DNA of 64,000 bases. Source: Planctomycetota bacterium (GTDB taxonomy: Bacteria > Planctomycetota > JAJSAM01 > JAJVHW01). Shown in pieces: positions 37,812 through 48,573 of the stretch. Both the position numbers and the translations under genes were made by a program. Location: positions 256,001 through 320,000 of the forward strand of contig CBDFJG010000004.1 of the NCBI GenBank assembly GCA_965248445.1, in the 5' to 3' direction. The notes below the pieces were generated by a model. The model saw only the letters and a program-made list of their open reading frames with translations, searched no databases and was not told where the DNA came from. The stretch's first letter is position 1. Every line of letters starts with the position of its first letter.

Positions 37812-39239
37812 GTGTGCGCGTGCGCGCGCTTGGGGAGCTACTACGACGATCGCGACCCGAAGATCCGCAAGCGCGCCGTAGCGGCGCTCGAACCGGCATC
37901 CGGTCCCGACGTGGTGCGGGCGCTCCTGCGCGCGGCGGCGGATCCCGATCGCTCCGTCGCGCGCGCTGCCGAGCGATTGCTGATGCGCGCGTGGCCCGGG
38001 GTCGACGAGCGCGAGGCGCTGGCGGCGTTCGCCGCGGCGCCGAAAAGGGCGCTGCCCGGCCGGCTCATGGCGACGCGCGCCCTGGGCGAGTGCGCTGAGC
38101 CGGGTGTGGCGCCGCTCCTCGCGGTCCTGGGGGTCCGCGATCCCGAGGTCCGCGCTGCCGCGGTACACGCGCTGGCGGCGGCGGGGGCGCCTGTTGCCCT
38201 GCCGCGGCTGCACGAGCGGCTCGCGGACCGAGAACCAGTGGTACGCGCCGCCGCCTGCGCCGCCATCGCGGTCCTGCGTCCCGAGGACGCCGCAGACGTG
38301 GCGATCGCCGTCCTCGCAGGTGACCGCGCCGCCACGCCGCGCGTCGAGGCGCTGCTGACGCTTGCAGAGCATCCGAGGCCCGCTGCGGCGGACCACATCG
38401 TGCGCACCCTCTACGACGAACGCTGGTCCGTGCGCGTGGCTGCCGCCCGTGCCCTGGGGGAGCAGACAGAGGAGCCCGCAGCCGCACGGGTTGCGGCCGA
38501 GGCCCTCGTGCGCGCCCTCGAACGGGAGCGCCGGCAGCGCGTGGCGTTCGAGATTTCCGACGCGCTGTTCCTGCTGACCGGCATCGACTTCGGGCCGGAA
38601 CCGGACCGGTGGACGGCGTGGTGGAAGGAGGCCGGCCGTGCGCTGCTCCCGCCGGCGAAACGCCCGCGGCGCGGCGGACACTCGGGTGGAACGGGGGCGG
38701 ACCTCCTGGATCTACCGCTCGAGTCCGACCACGTCGTGTTCGTGCTGGATACGTCGCACTCGATGAACGACCCGCTGCGTCTGGGTGACCCGACCTCGAA
38801 GAAGGACGTGCTCGTCACCGCGCTCCGGCGGGCGCTGTCGCGTCTCCCCAAGGGCGCACGGATGAACGTGATCGCCTTCGGCACCGAGGTGCGGCAGATG
38901 AAGACCCGTCCGTTCAAGGCCACGTCGGGCGGACGCAAGGCGGCGGTGAAGTTCCTCGACCGGCTGAACCCGTCCGGACGCACGAACATCTACGACGCGC
39001 TGACGACCGCGTTCGACGAGTCCGCCGCCGACACGATCGTGCTGGTCACCGACGGCGCGCCGTCCGAGGGGGCGCGCACCACGCGCACCGGCATCCTCGA
39101 CGGTATCGCAGCCGAGAACCGCCACCGGCTGGCCCGTATCCACACGGTCGAGATCGGCTCCAAGACCACGGGCAAGCGGTGGCGCGGCTTCATGGCCGAC
39201 ATCGCCGCGGCTACCGGCGGGCACCACTTGGCCCGCTGA
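37812..39239 (+). CDS. HEAT-repeat + vWA domain protein, apparently lacking its N-terminus
   Basis: HEAT repeats, LTGIDFG...W..WW, MIDAS FVLDTSHSM / TNIY / LVTDGAPS; no signal peptide or clear start, unlike paralog 2050-3623. Confidence 0.8.
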   Translation: MCACARLGSYYDDRDPKIRKRAVAALEPASGPDVVRALLRAAADPDRSVARAAERLLMRAWPGVDEREALAAFAAAPKRALPGRLMATRALGECAEPGVAPLLAVLGVRDPEVRAAAVHALAAAGAPVALPRLHERLADREPVVRAAACAAIAVLRPEDAADVAIAVLAGDRAATPRVEALLTLAEHPRPAAADHIVRTLYDERWSVRVAAARALGEQTEEPAAARVAAEALVRALERERRQRVAFEISDALFLLTGIDFGPEPDRWTAWWKEAGRALLPPAKRPRRGGHSGGTGADLLDLPLESDHVVFVLDTSHSMNDPLRLGDPTSKKDVLVTALRRALSRLPKGARMNVIAFGTEVRQMKTRPFKATSGGRKAAVKFLDRLNPSGRTNIYDALTTAFDESAADTIVLVTDGAPSEGARTTRTGILDGIAAENRHRLARIHTVEIGSKTTGKRWRGFMADIAAATGGHHLAR

Positions 39240-39342
39240 GGGCGATTCCGCCCCGCCCGAGTGATCAGTGTGGGGTACCCGCGACCGGCGAGGCTCGCCG
39301 CGAGCGGGCTTGGGCGCGCAACGAAGAGCATCCTGAAATGGC

Positions 39343-39369
39343 TGTCGATTTCGCCGGCGCTTGTTCGTC
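39343..39369 (+). promoter_or_regulatory. Putative ECF42-type promoter (TGTCGA-N17-CGTC)
   Basis: Motif lies ~50 bp upstream of the DGPF/ECF operon and matches the ECF42 consensus as recalled. Confidence 0.6.
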
Positions 39370-39417
39370 AACTTGGAAACGGGGCCGGTGCCCCGGGAAC
39401 CAACGAGAGGAAGACCG

Positions 39418-39783
39418 ATGCGCTATCTGATGTTGATCTACGGAGACGAAGCCGAATTCGCGAAGTCGACGCCGGAGGAGATGGGGGCCTGCTTCGCCGC
39501 CTACGGCGCGTTTGAGGGCGAGATCGCGCCCACAGGCAAGAAGCTCGCCGGCGAGGCGCTCCAGCCGACCGCGACCGCGACGTCCGTGCGCGTGCGGAAC
39601 GGAGACCGCTCCGTCACCGACGGCCCGTTCGCCGAGACGAAGGAGCAGCTCGGCGGGTTCTACCTCCTCGACTGCGACAACCTGGACGAAGCCATCGAGT
39701 GGGCGTCGAAGATCCCCGGCGCGTCGGACGGCACTGTCGAAGTGCGACCCATCTTGGACGTGTCCGACGGGGCGGGCGGCTAG
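39418..39783 (+). CDS. YciI/DGPF family protein
   Basis: [29 protein letters not shown]. Confidence 0.92.
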   Translation: MRYLMLIYGDEAEFAKSTPEEMGACFAAYGAFEGEIAPTGKKLAGEALQPTATATSVRVRNGDRSVTDGPFAETKEQLGGFYLLDCDNLDEAIEWASKIPGASDGTVEVRPILDVSDGAGG

Positions 39784-39836
39784 GGCCGCGAGGGCGGCGG
39801 GGGCGGGTGGCCGTCCTCGCCGCCTGCGATCACCGC

Positions 39837-41078
39837 GTGAGCGAGACCCGGGAATCGATCGGGCGGATCTTCCGTGCCGAGCATGGTCGCGTGCTGGCGG
39901 CACTCATCCGTGTCGTCGGCGACTTCGAACTGGCCGAGGACAGCGTCCATGACGCGTTCGTCCGGGCGCTCGAGGTCTGGCCACAACACGGGATGCCCAA
40001 GACCCCGGTTGCGTGGATCACGACGACGGCGCGCAACCGAGCCATCGATCGCGTGAGGCACGCGCGGATGGCCGCGGAGAGAGCACCCATCTTGAGGGAA
40101 CTCGCGTTGCTGCGGGTCTCCCCGGAAGGGCCCGACCTGGATCATCCGGACGACCGTCTGCGGCTCATCTTCACGTGCTGCCATCCCGCGCTCTCGCGGG
40201 ATGCCCAGGTTGCTCTCACGCTGCAGACGCTCGGCGGACTGACGGTCGCGGAGATCGCCCGCGCGTACCTGATCGAGAGGGCGACGATGGCTCAACGCCT
40301 TGTGCGTGTGAAGCGCAAGATCCGGGATGCCGCGATCCCCTACGAGGTACCGGCGCCCGCCCGTCTCGGCGAGCGCACCGACGCCGTGCTCGAGGTCCTC
40401 TACCTCATCTTCAACGAGGGCTACTCTGCCACCGTCGGCGACGCGCTCATACGCCAAGAGCTCTGCCAAGAGGCCATTCGTCTCGGTCGCACTCTCGTGC
40501 AGTTGTTGCCGCGCGTGTCCGAGGTCGAGGGACTGCTGGCGCTGATGCTCCTCCACGACGCTCGCCGACCGGCGCGAACGAACGAAGCCGGCGATCTCGT
40601 CGCCTTGGAAGAACAGGACCGAACTCTCTGGGACGTGGCGAGCGTGCGCGTCGGGAGCGAAGTTCTCGAGAGAGCGCTCGCGCGTGGTTCCCCGGGTCCC
40701 TACCAGATTCAGGCCGCTATCAGCGCCCTGCACTCTCAGTCCATGTCACCGGACGACACGGACTGGCCGCAGATCGCGCAGCTGTACCAGGTGCTGATGA
40801 CGTACCGGCCGTCCCCCGTCGTTGCACTCAACCATGCCGTCGCCATCGCCATGCACCGTGGACCCGGATTCGGACTGCGGCTCCTCGAGGAGGTGGCGTC
40901 CGACGGGCGACTCGCGAACTACCAGCCGCTGTATGCTGCGCGGGCGGACCTCCATCGTCGTGCCGGAGAGCATCAGGCTGCGGCTGCCGCGTACCGCCGT
41001 GCGGTCGAGCTGACCACGAACGAGAGCGAGCGGCGGTACCTCGAACATCGCCGGCAATCGTGCCGAGAACGGCGATGA
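39837..41078 (+). CDS. ECF RNA polymerase sigma factor with TPR-like C-terminal extension (ECF42-type)
   Basis: [52 protein letters not shown]; follows a DGPF gene. Confidence 0.9.
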   Translation: MSETRESIGRIFRAEHGRVLAALIRVVGDFELAEDSVHDAFVRALEVWPQHGMPKTPVAWITTTARNRAIDRVRHARMAAERAPILRELALLRVSPEGPDLDHPDDRLRLIFTCCHPALSRDAQVALTLQTLGGLTVAEIARAYLIERATMAQRLVRVKRKIRDAAIPYEVPAPARLGERTDAVLEVLYLIFNEGYSATVGDALIRQELCQEAIRLGRTLVQLLPRVSEVEGLLALMLLHDARRPARTNEAGDLVALEEQDRTLWDVASVRVGSEVLERALARGSPGPYQIQAAISALHSQSMSPDDTDWPQIAQLYQVLMTYRPSPVVALNHAVAIAMHRGPGFGLRLLEEVASDGRLANYQPLYAARADLHRRAGEHQAAAAAYRRAVELTTNESERRYLEHRRQSCRERR

Positions 41079-41170
41079 GGTGCGCCTGAAGACTGCAGAG
41101 GGTCCGGGCGAGCGGCGGTTCGGACTCGCCGGGTGGGCCCGTCCGTCGCGGCCACCCGTACGATGGGCGG

Positions 41171-42364
41171 ATGACGTCGCGCGAGCGCCCGGGTGAGGAG
41201 TTCGTCCTGCGATTGCTCGCAGGTGGCTTCTACGTCAGCGTCTGGGGGCTGGCGCTCCTGTTCGCCACCGCTGTGGCCTGGGTCGTGAGTGGCCCGGGTC
41301 GCGTGGGACCGTTTGGCCTCGGAGGATGGGCCATCGCGGGGTGGTGCGCGTTCACGGCGCTCTTCATCGCGCTGGCCATGGTGGGGGACGCGGCATCGCG
41401 ACGCACGGCCGGCCGACCGCTCGAACGGACGGAGGCCGGCCCGCTGTTCGAGCTGCTCGACGACGTGGCCTCCCGCCTGAACGTGCCGCCTCTGCTCGCG
41501 GTGCGCGTCAAGCCTTCGCCGCTCACCGGCGTCACGCGCGTGCGCAGGCCGGGACGCTTCCTGGTGTCCGACCGGCGGGCGATGGTGCTCGGTCTCCCGC
41601 TGGTGCGCGCGCTGACGGTCGCCGAACTGCGCGCAGTAGTGGCGCACGAGCTGGCGCATCTGGCAGGCGGGGACGTGCGGCGGGGGCGCATCGTGAACTC
41701 CGCGTGGCGGCGGATTGCACTGATGAGAACAGTGCTCGAGAAGGGCGGCGTGCTGCTCACGTGGCTCAACCCGATGTGGTGGTACGTGCGCGCGTACGGC
41801 GCGCTGCTGCAGCGGGGCGCGGGCGCGGTGCGGAAGCGCCAGGAGGTCCGCGCGGACCGCTTGGCGGCATCGGTCTCCGGCCGGGCGACGTACGCGCGCG
41901 CGCTCGTGAAGGCCGCGGCGCTCGGCATTGCGTTCCGCCGCAACGCACCCTCGCTCCTCGTGCGCGCGCATCGCGAGGGACGCACGATCACGAACTTCTT
42001 CACCGAGTTGTCGACCGCGCTGTCGGCGCTGTCACCGGCGGCCCGCCGCCGCCTGGCGCGGGATGCGCTGAGGGAGCAGGGCACGAGTGCGACGGCGCAC
42101 CCCCCGCTGCGGGAACGGCTGGCGTCGCTCGGGGCGCGGCGCGGGTCGCGGGAGCCCGACACGTCGGTGTCCGCCGTGTCGCTCGTCCCGGCGCTCGACG
42201 ACATCGAGGTCGAGATGACGCCTCTCGTGCTCCGAGGCGTGATGCTCGGACTCGGGAACCAGGTTTGGCGGCGGCAGGATCGCGCCGAGCAGGCCCGGCG
42301 GGACGCCAACATGGACCGTGAGCTCGAGGAGCTCGAGAAGAGGGAGGAAGCTACTCCAGCGTGA
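41171..42364 (+). CDS. M48 family membrane metallopeptidase
   Basis: Two TMs, LGLPL, VVAHELAH, QEVRAD, HPPLRERL. Confidence 0.85.
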   Translation: MTSRERPGEEFVLRLLAGGFYVSVWGLALLFATAVAWVVSGPGRVGPFGLGGWAIAGWCAFTALFIALAMVGDAASRRTAGRPLERTEAGPLFELLDDVASRLNVPPLLAVRVKPSPLTGVTRVRRPGRFLVSDRRAMVLGLPLVRALTVAELRAVVAHELAHLAGGDVRRGRIVNSAWRRIALMRTVLEKGGVLLTWLNPMWWYVRAYGALLQRGAGAVRKRQEVRADRLAASVSGRATYARALVKAAALGIAFRRNAPSLLVRAHREGRTITNFFTELSTALSALSPAARRRLARDALREQGTSATAHPPLRERLASLGARRGSREPDTSVSAVSLVPALDDIEVEMTPLVLRGVMLGLGNQVWRRQDRAEQARRDANMDRELEELEKREEATPA

Positions 42365-42866
42365 CGAGCGGGTCGCCCTTGGCGACGGCCGTGCCCGGAG
42401 TGACGTGCACCGCGGTGACGACTCCATCGGCGTCGGCGCGGATCTCGTTCTCCATCTTCATCGCCTCGAGGATGAGCAGCGGAGCGCCGTTCGCCACGGT
42501 GTCGCCCGTCGCCACCCGCACGTCGCGCACGATCCCCGGCATCACCGAGCGGATCAGCCCTCCGCCTGCGCGCCCGCCGGCGACGCTCTCCGCAGCGCGC
42601 GCGAGCTGTTCGCGCTCGTCACGGACGGCGGCATGCCAGGTCTCGCTGCCGAGCACCAGTGTCAGGCCGTCCATGCCGCCGGCCGCCACCACCGGGACGG
42701 AAGCGTCGCCGATCAGGAGCGAGTACGACCCGCTGTCCCGCACGGCTGCGAGGTCCACCACCGCCTCGCCGCCGGGCAAGTCGGGGTGCACCGCGTACGT
42801 GCGGCCCTTGCGCTCGACCAGTTCGAGGACGAGTTCGCCGCCGTCGATCTCGACGTGGTACTTCAT
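42351..42866 (-). CDS. Biotin carboxyl carrier protein
   Basis: MPG, EAMKMENEI biotinylation motif. Confidence 0.9.
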   Translation of the reverse strand: MKYHVEIDGGELVLELVERKGRTYAVHPDLPGGEAVVDLAAVRDSGSYSLLIGDASVPVVAAGGMDGLTLVLGSETWHAAVRDEREQLARAAESVAGGRAGGGLIRSVMPGIVRDVRVATGDTVANGAPLLILEAMKMENEIRADADGVVTAVHVTPGTAVAKGDPLVTLE

Positions 42867-44401
42867 CGCGTGCCCCAGGCCTTGCCGCGGCGCCCGGCAC
42901 TCACCCACGGTGACACGGCCGAACTGCTGACCAGTGGCGCGCTGCGGCGCTGCCGGGCGCGGGCCGCCTGCCGGTGGACGAGCGCCGCCGTGATCGCGGC
43001 GGCCAGCCGGTGCCGTCCCGGACCGTGACCTGTCACGGCGTCGAGGTTGGCGTCCAACGTGCCCGTGTCGTAGTGCCCGGCGACGACAGCGTCGAGGCGG
43101 AGCAGACGTAGGGTGAACGGGATGGTGGTGTCGATCCCGCTCACGACGAACTCGCGCAGCGCGGAGCGGATACGCGAGAGCGCGGAGGCGCGGTCCAATC
43201 CCCAGCAGACGAGCTTGCCGATCATCGAGTCGTAGAAGAGTGTGACTTCCTGGCCCTCGTAGAGCGCGGCGTCGAGCCGGACGCCCGGTCCGCCGGGCAT
43301 CTCCAGGTGCACGATCGTGCCGGCCGAGGGAAAAAAACCGTGCTCGGGATTCTCGGCGCAGATCCGGACCTCGATCGCGTGTCCGTTCGGCACGAGATCG
43401 TCCTGTGTGAACGAGAGTTCGCGTCCGGCGGCGATGCGTAGCTGCTCGCGCACGATGTCGACGCCGTACACCATCTCCGTCACGGTGTGCTCGACCTGCA
43501 GGCGCGTGTTCATCTCGAGGAAGTGGTACGCGCCGTCCTGATCGACCAGGAACTCGACGGTCCCGGCGTTGACGTATCCGACCGCCGCGGCGCCGCGCAC
43601 CGCAGCCGCGGCCATCTCCGCGCGCGTTTCCGCCGGGAGCCAGGAACTCGGGCACTCCTCGACGATCTTCTGGTGGCGCCGCTGCAGCGAACACTCGCGC
43701 TCTCCGATGTGCACCGCATTGCCGTGCGTGTCGAGCAGCACCTGGATCTCGATGTGGCGCGGCCGGTCGATGCACTTCTCGACGTAGAGAGTGCCGTCGC
43801 CGAAGGACGTGACTGCTTCGCTCGAGGCGCGCTCAAAGGCGGGGGCGACGTCCTCGCTCCGGTCGACCTTGCGGATGCCCTTGCCGCCACCCCCGGACAC
43901 CGCCTTCAGCATGACCGGGTAGCCGATCTCGTCCGCGACCCGGCGCGCCTCCTCGGCGTCGGCAGCCGCTTCCAGCGTGCCGGGAACGATCGGGACGCCG
44001 GCGGCGTCCATCGCCTGCCGCGCGACGATCTTGCCGCCCATCTTGCGCATCGTGTCGCCCGACGGTCCGACGAACGCGAGGCCTGCGTCGCGGCAGGCGT
44101 CGGCGAAGTCCGCGTTCTGGCTGAGAAAACCGTATCCCGGGTGGACTCCGTCCGCGCCCGTGCGCTTGGCGGCGGCGAGGATCTTGTCCACGTTGAGATA
44201 CGTGTCTGCAGGCGACGTGCCGCGCAGCCGGATCGCCTCGTCGGCCATCCTCACGTGCGGGTCGCGGCGGTCCGCATCGGAGAACACGGCCACGCTGTCG
44301 ATCCGCTCGAGGCGGCAGGCGCGGATGATGCGCACCGCGATCTCGCCGCGGTTTGCGATGAGCACCTTGCGGAGCGACTTCGCAGGCGCTCCCGCGCTCA
44401 C
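42863..44401 (-). CDS. Biotin carboxylase subunit of an acyl-CoA (propionyl-CoA) carboxylase
   Basis: LIANRGEIA, HPGYGFLS, GGGGKG, RECSLQRRHQK, EMNTRLQVEH, YDSMIGK. Confidence 0.95.
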   Translation of the reverse strand: MSAGAPAKSLRKVLIANRGEIAVRIIRACRLERIDSVAVFSDADRRDPHVRMADEAIRLRGTSPADTYLNVDKILAAAKRTGADGVHPGYGFLSQNADFADACRDAGLAFVGPSGDTMRKMGGKIVARQAMDAAGVPIVPGTLEAAADAEEARRVADEIGYPVMLKAVSGGGGKGIRKVDRSEDVAPAFERASSEAVTSFGDGTLYVEKCIDRPRHIEIQVLLDTHGNAVHIGERECSLQRRHQKIVEECPSSWLPAETRAEMAAAAVRGAAAVGYVNAGTVEFLVDQDGAYHFLEMNTRLQVEHTVTEMVYGVDIVREQLRIAAGRELSFTQDDLVPNGHAIEVRICAENPEHGFFPSAGTIVHLEMPGGPGVRLDAALYEGQEVTLFYDSMIGKLVCWGLDRASALSRIRSALREFVVSGIDTTIPFTLRLLRLDAVVAGHYDTGTLDANLDAVTGHGPGRHRLAAAITAALVHRQAARARQRRSAPLVSSSAVSPWVSAGRRGKAWGTR

Positions 44402-44417
44402 AGGGGCCCGTGCTCTC

Positions 44418-45962
44418 TCACAGGGGGATGTTCCCGTGCTTCTTGGGCGGGTTGGTGTCACGCTTGGTTCGCAGCGCGTCGAGGGCGCGGTTCAGGTGGC
44501 GCCGCGTCGTGCGCGGCTCGATGACGTCGTCGATGTACCCCGCCGCCGCGGCCGAGTACGGATCGGCGAACTTCTCGCGGTACTCCGAGATCAAGCGGGC
44601 CTCGGTGGCCGCGGGATCGTCCGATGCTGCGATCTCGCGACGGAAGATGATCTCGACGGCGCCCTGGGCGCCCATCACGGCGATCTCCGCCGACGGCCAG
44701 GCGAGGTTCACGTCACCGCGGATGTGCTTCGAGGACATGACGTCGTACGCGCCACCGTACGCCTTCCGCGTGATCACGGTCAGCTTGGGAACCGTCGCCT
44801 CGCAGTACGCGTACAGGAGCTTCGCCCCTTGGCGGATGATTCCGTTCCACTCCTGATCCGTGCCCGGCAGGAAGCCCGGCACGTCCTCGAACGTCACGAG
44901 TGGGATGTTGAACGCATCACAGAACCGGACGAATCGGGCGCCCTTGACCGATGCGGAGATGTCGAGCACGCCGGCCAGCACGGCGGGCTGGTTCGCGACG
45001 ATCCCGACGGAACGTCCGCCAAGACGCGCGAGTCCGACGACGATGTTCTGCGCGAACTCCTCGTGCACCTCGAGGAAGCTCCCGCGGTCCACGACTGCGC
45101 GAATGACGTCGCGCATCTCGTACGGGCGGTTCGGGTCCTCGGGGACGATCGAGTCGAGTGCGGTGTCCGCGCGATCGACCGGGTCGTCCTCTTCGAGGCG
45201 GGGCGGGTCTTCGGCGTTGTTCGACGGTAGATACGAGAGCAGCCGCCGCAGGAGCGACAGGCAAGCCGCGTCGTTCGCCGCGGTGAAGTGCGCCACGCCC
45301 GATTTGCCGGCGTGCGCATGCGCGCCGCCCAGCTCCTCGCTCGTGACCTCCTCGTGCGTCACCGTCTTCACGACGTTGGGCCCCGTGACGAACATGTACG
45401 ACGTCTCTTCGACCATGCAGATGAAGTCGGTGATGGCGGGGGAGTAGACCGCGCCTCCCGCGCACGGGCCCATGACCGCGGAGATCTGCGGCACGACGCC
45501 GGAGGCGAGTGTGTTGCGGAGGAAGATCTCCGCGTACCCGCCGAGCGACACCACGCCTTCCTGGATGCGCGCACCGCCGGAGTCGTTCAGGCCGACGATC
45601 GGCGCACCGACCTTCATGGCCTGATCCATCAAGCGGCAGATCTTCTCCGCGTATGCCCCGGAGAGGCTGCCGCCGAAGACGGTGAAGTCCTGGGAGAACA
45701 CGAACACCGTGCGCCCGTCGACGGTGCCGTGCCCGGTGACCACGCCGTCGCCAAGGACCTTCTTGTCCTCCATGCCGAAGTCGGAGCACCGATGCATGAC
45801 GAATGCGCCGGCCTCGACGAACGAGCCCTCGTCGAGGAACAGCTCGATGCGTTCTCGCGCCGTGAGCTTGCCGCGCTCGTGCTGCTTCGCGACTGCCTTC
45901 TCGCCGCCGCCGAGGCGGGCGCGTTCGCGCAGGTCCCCCAGACGCTCGAGCGGATCGCTCAC
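44418..45962 (-). CDS. pccB: Acyl-CoA carboxylase carboxyltransferase subunit (PccB/MmdA-like)
   Basis: [59 protein letters not shown]. Confidence 0.9.
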   Translation of the reverse strand: MSDPLERLGDLRERARLGGGEKAVAKQHERGKLTARERIELFLDEGSFVEAGAFVMHRCSDFGMEDKKVLGDGVVTGHGTVDGRTVFVFSQDFTVFGGSLSGAYAEKICRLMDQAMKVGAPIVGLNDSGGARIQEGVVSLGGYAEIFLRNTLASGVVPQISAVMGPCAGGAVYSPAITDFICMVEETSYMFVTGPNVVKTVTHEEVTSEELGGAHAHAGKSGVAHFTAANDAACLSLLRRLLSYLPSNNAEDPPRLEEDDPVDRADTALDSIVPEDPNRPYEMRDVIRAVVDRGSFLEVHEEFAQNIVVGLARLGGRSVGIVANQPAVLAGVLDISASVKGARFVRFCDAFNIPLVTFEDVPGFLPGTDQEWNGIIRQGAKLLYAYCEATVPKLTVITRKAYGGAYDVMSSKHIRGDVNLAWPSAEIAVMGAQGAVEIIFRREIAASDDPAATEARLISEYREKFADPYSAAAAGYIDDVIEPRTTRRHLNRALDALRTKRDTNPPKKHGNIPL

Positions 45963-46384
45963 GAAGCCGGCCGCTCCACGAGCTCCACGAGCACGCCGGC
46001 TGTGGAGCGGGGGTGCAGGAACACGATCGGGTGGCCGGAGGCGCCGATCGTCGGCTCGCGATTGACCATCTGGACGCCCTTCGCCTCAAGCTCGGCGACC
46101 TTCGCTCGAACGTCATCCACACGCAGGCAGATGTGGTGCAGACCCGGCCGGTTCTTCGCCAGGAACCGCCCGACGGGTGTGTCGTCTCCGGTCGGCTCCG
46201 TGAACTCGAGAACGCAGTTGCCGAGATCGAGCTTCACGACCTTGACGCCCTGGTCGGGAACCTCCGTGCGCTGGTGCACCGGCAGGCCGAACAGGTCGGC
46301 GAACACCGCGGCCGCCGCCTCAGCGTCCGGCGTCGCGACGTTCACATGGTCGAGCGGACCGATCGGGTTCTCGGACTCAGGCAT
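45959..46384 (-). CDS. mce: Methylmalonyl-CoA epimerase
   Basis: [31 protein letters not shown]; adjacent to pccB. Confidence 0.9.
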   Translation of the reverse strand: MPESENPIGPLDHVNVATPDAEAAAAVFADLFGLPVHQRTEVPDQGVKVVKLDLGNCVLEFTEPTGDDTPVGRFLAKNRPGLHHICLRVDDVRAKVAELEAKGVQMVNREPTIGASGHPIVFLHPRSTAGVLVELVERPAS

Positions 46385-46426
46385 TGCTGTGCGGCTCCCT
46401 CCCGGGGACCGGTCGCGCGGGGGCGC

Positions 46427-47398
46427 TCAGTCCAGGAGGCCGAGACCGAATCCGTCGTCCGCCGGCTCCTCGTCCGCGGCATCGGGTGCCGTGACGACGT
46501 CCGCGACGGGCTCGGGTAGCCGTTCCGGAACGGGCTCGGGCGGAGGGGTCCGCTTCGGTACGGGCGGCTTGGGTGCTTCGAAGACCCCCATCCCGAAGTC
46601 GCCCGCCGCAGGGGCGGGGGACACCGGCGCGGGTGCCGCCGTCTTGGCCGGCTCCGACGGGTGCTCCTCGGCGCGGGGCCGTTCGTCCTGCCGCCGGCTG
46701 CGCGATCGCTGCGGCCGCTCGTCCCGTGAGCGCTCTCCGCCACGCGGGCGATCTCCGTCACGCGGGCGGTCTCCGTCACGCGGGCGGTCTCCGTCACGCG
46801 GGCGGTCTCTGCCACGGGGGCGGTCTCCGTCGCGGGGGCGGTCTCTGCCACGTGAGCGGTCTCCGTCCCGTGAGCGGTCTCCGTCACGCGGGCGGTCGCC
46901 GTCACGCGGGCGGTCGCCTTCACGCGGGCGGTCGCCTTCACGCGGGCGGTCTCCGTCACGGGGGCGGTCTCCGTCACGCGGGTGGTCTCCGTCACGCGGG
47001 CGGTCTCCGCCGCCGCCGCCCCGCCCTCCACGGCGTCCACGCCGGCGCGGCGGCCGGCCGTCGTCGCGATCCCCGCGCTCGGGCCGGTCGCCCGACGTGG
47101 CGGGGCGATCGCTCGGGCCGTCGTCCATCTCGTCGAGCAGGCCACGCAGGCGCTCGCCGCGACCCGCGGCCAGGCGGCCCTTGATCGGCTCGGGATTGAG
47201 CAACTCCTGCATCGGCACGGGGGCCGCGGGGGCGGAGCGCTCGGCGCCGCCCTCGGAGTCGGGAGATTCGGGAGTGGGTGTGTCGTTTCCGGCGTCTTCG
47301 GTCGACCTCGGTCGGTCGCCACCGCCCCCGCGGCGCCGGCGTCGTCGCCCGCGCGGTGGGCCGGATCGGCCGGACTCGGCGCTGTGTTCGGAGTCCAT
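46427..47398 (-). CDS. Low-complexity, probably disordered Arg/Asp/Gly/Pro-rich protein
   Basis: ~15 x DRPRDG hexapeptide, RRRRRR tracts, Pro-rich segment, C-terminal DDGFGLGLLD; co-oriented between rluD and mce. Confidence 0.65.
   Translation of the reverse strand: MDSEHSAESGRSGPPRGRRRRRRGGGGDRPRSTEDAGNDTPTPESPDSEGGAERSAPAAPVPMQELLNPEPIKGRLAAGRGERLRGLLDEMDDGPSDRPATSGDRPERGDRDDGRPPRRRGRRGGRGGGGGDRPRDGDHPRDGDRPRDGDRPREGDRPREGDRPRDGDRPRDGDRSRDGDRSRGRDRPRDGDRPRGRDRPRDGDRPRDGDRPRDGDRPRGGERSRDERPQRSRSRRQDERPRAEEHPSEPAKTAAPAPVSPAPAAGDFGMGVFEAPKPPVPKRTPPPEPVPERLPEPVADVVTAPDAADEEPADDGFGLGLLD
46736..47005. repeat. 18-bp coding tandem repeat, ~15 copies
   Basis: Unit ~CCGTCACGCGGGCGGTCT repeated head-to-tail with no spacers. 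Confidence 0.95.
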
Positions 47399-47537
47399 CC
47401 CCGCACCGTAGCCTCCGCCGCGTGCAGCCTCAATCAATCCGAGCCGGATGGCCGGCCGTACCAGCCTGCGGCGGCGGCGGCCCGATCCGGAGTCCAGGCC
47501 CGGGCTCCGGAACGGACCGCCCGGGCCCCCGCCGCGC

Positions 47538-48506
47538 TCATCTGGAGAGTCCCGGCCGGCCCTCGAGTCGAAGATGCTCGATGAGGGTCGCGATCTCCTC
47601 CCGCAGGGGCGCTTCGACCGTTACGTCCTCGCCGCTCGCGGGGTGGCGGAAGGTCAGGCGGCGAGCGTGCAGCGCGAGGAGCGGACAGACCGGGGTGAGC
47701 GTCGAGACGACACCGCCGTAGAACGGGTCGGACACGATCGGGTGTCCCATCGAGAGCAGGTGCACTCGGATCTGGTGCGTGCGGCCGGTGCGCGGCTTGC
47801 AACGCACGTACGTGGCGTTGCGCAGCCGTTCGACGACCTCGACGTACGTCTCGGATTCGCGCCCGATGTCCAGGCGCACGGCCATGCGTGTCGGATGCCG
47901 GCGGTACGGACCGATCGGCGCGGAGATGAGATCCGCGTCGAGGTCCATCACTCCCTTGACCACGCACTCATACTCCTTGCGGACGGTGCGGTCGCGGAAC
48001 TGCGCGGCCAGAGCGTGGTGCGTCGCATCGTCCTTGGCGACGAGCATGACTCCGCTGGTGTCCTTGTCGAGCCGATGGACGATGCCCGGCCGGAGCGGCC
48101 CCTGCACCTGGCTGAGCTGTTCGAAGTGGTACGCCAGGGCGTTGGCGAGCGTTCCGCCGCTCGCGCCTGCTCCGGGATGCACGGTCAGCCCCGGCGGCTT
48201 GTTCACGAGGAGCAAGTGCTCGTCTTCGAACACCACGTCGAGGGGAATCTGCTCGGGCGCGGCGTACGGACGCGAGCGGGCTGCCAGCCGGACGCGGACC
48301 ACGTCTCCCGTCTCGACGCGCAGGCTGGGTCGGACCTTCTTCGCCAGGCGGTCCGAGACAGTGACGCGGCCCTCCCGGATCTGGAGCTGCATGTGGGTCC
48401 GGCTGTGCTGCGGCAGCCGTGTGACCAGGAAGCGGTCGAGGCGCTCCTCATGGTCTCCTGGTCCCACGGTGAACGTATGGTCGTACAGACGAAGGTCGTC
48501 CGGCAT
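47538..48506 (-). CDS. rluD: RluA-family pseudouridine synthase with S4 domain (RluD-like)
   Basis: RLDRFL..SR, NKPPGL.VHP, IVHRLDKDTSG, TGRTHQIRVH, LHA. Confidence 0.85.
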   Translation of the reverse strand: MPDDLRLYDHTFTVGPGDHEERLDRFLVTRLPQHSRTHMQLQIREGRVTVSDRLAKKVRPSLRVETGDVVRVRLAARSRPYAAPEQIPLDVVFEDEHLLLVNKPPGLTVHPGAGASGGTLANALAYHFEQLSQVQGPLRPGIVHRLDKDTSGVMLVAKDDATHHALAAQFRDRTVRKEYECVVKGVMDLDADLISAPIGPYRRHPTRMAVRLDIGRESETYVEVVERLRNATYVRCKPRTGRTHQIRVHLLSMGHPIVSDPFYGGVVSTLTPVCPLLALHARRLTFRHPASGEDVTVEAPLREEIATLIEHLRLEGRPGLSR

Positions 48507-48573
48507 CCTCGGGGGATCATCGTAGGACCCGGGCTGGGACGGTAGGTCTGGCCGTACGGCAAGTCTGGGACGG

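Noticed and set aside
46736..47005. Possible CRISPR array
   Set aside because: 18-bp units are head-to-tail without spacers, in frame within a CDS, and there are no cas genes
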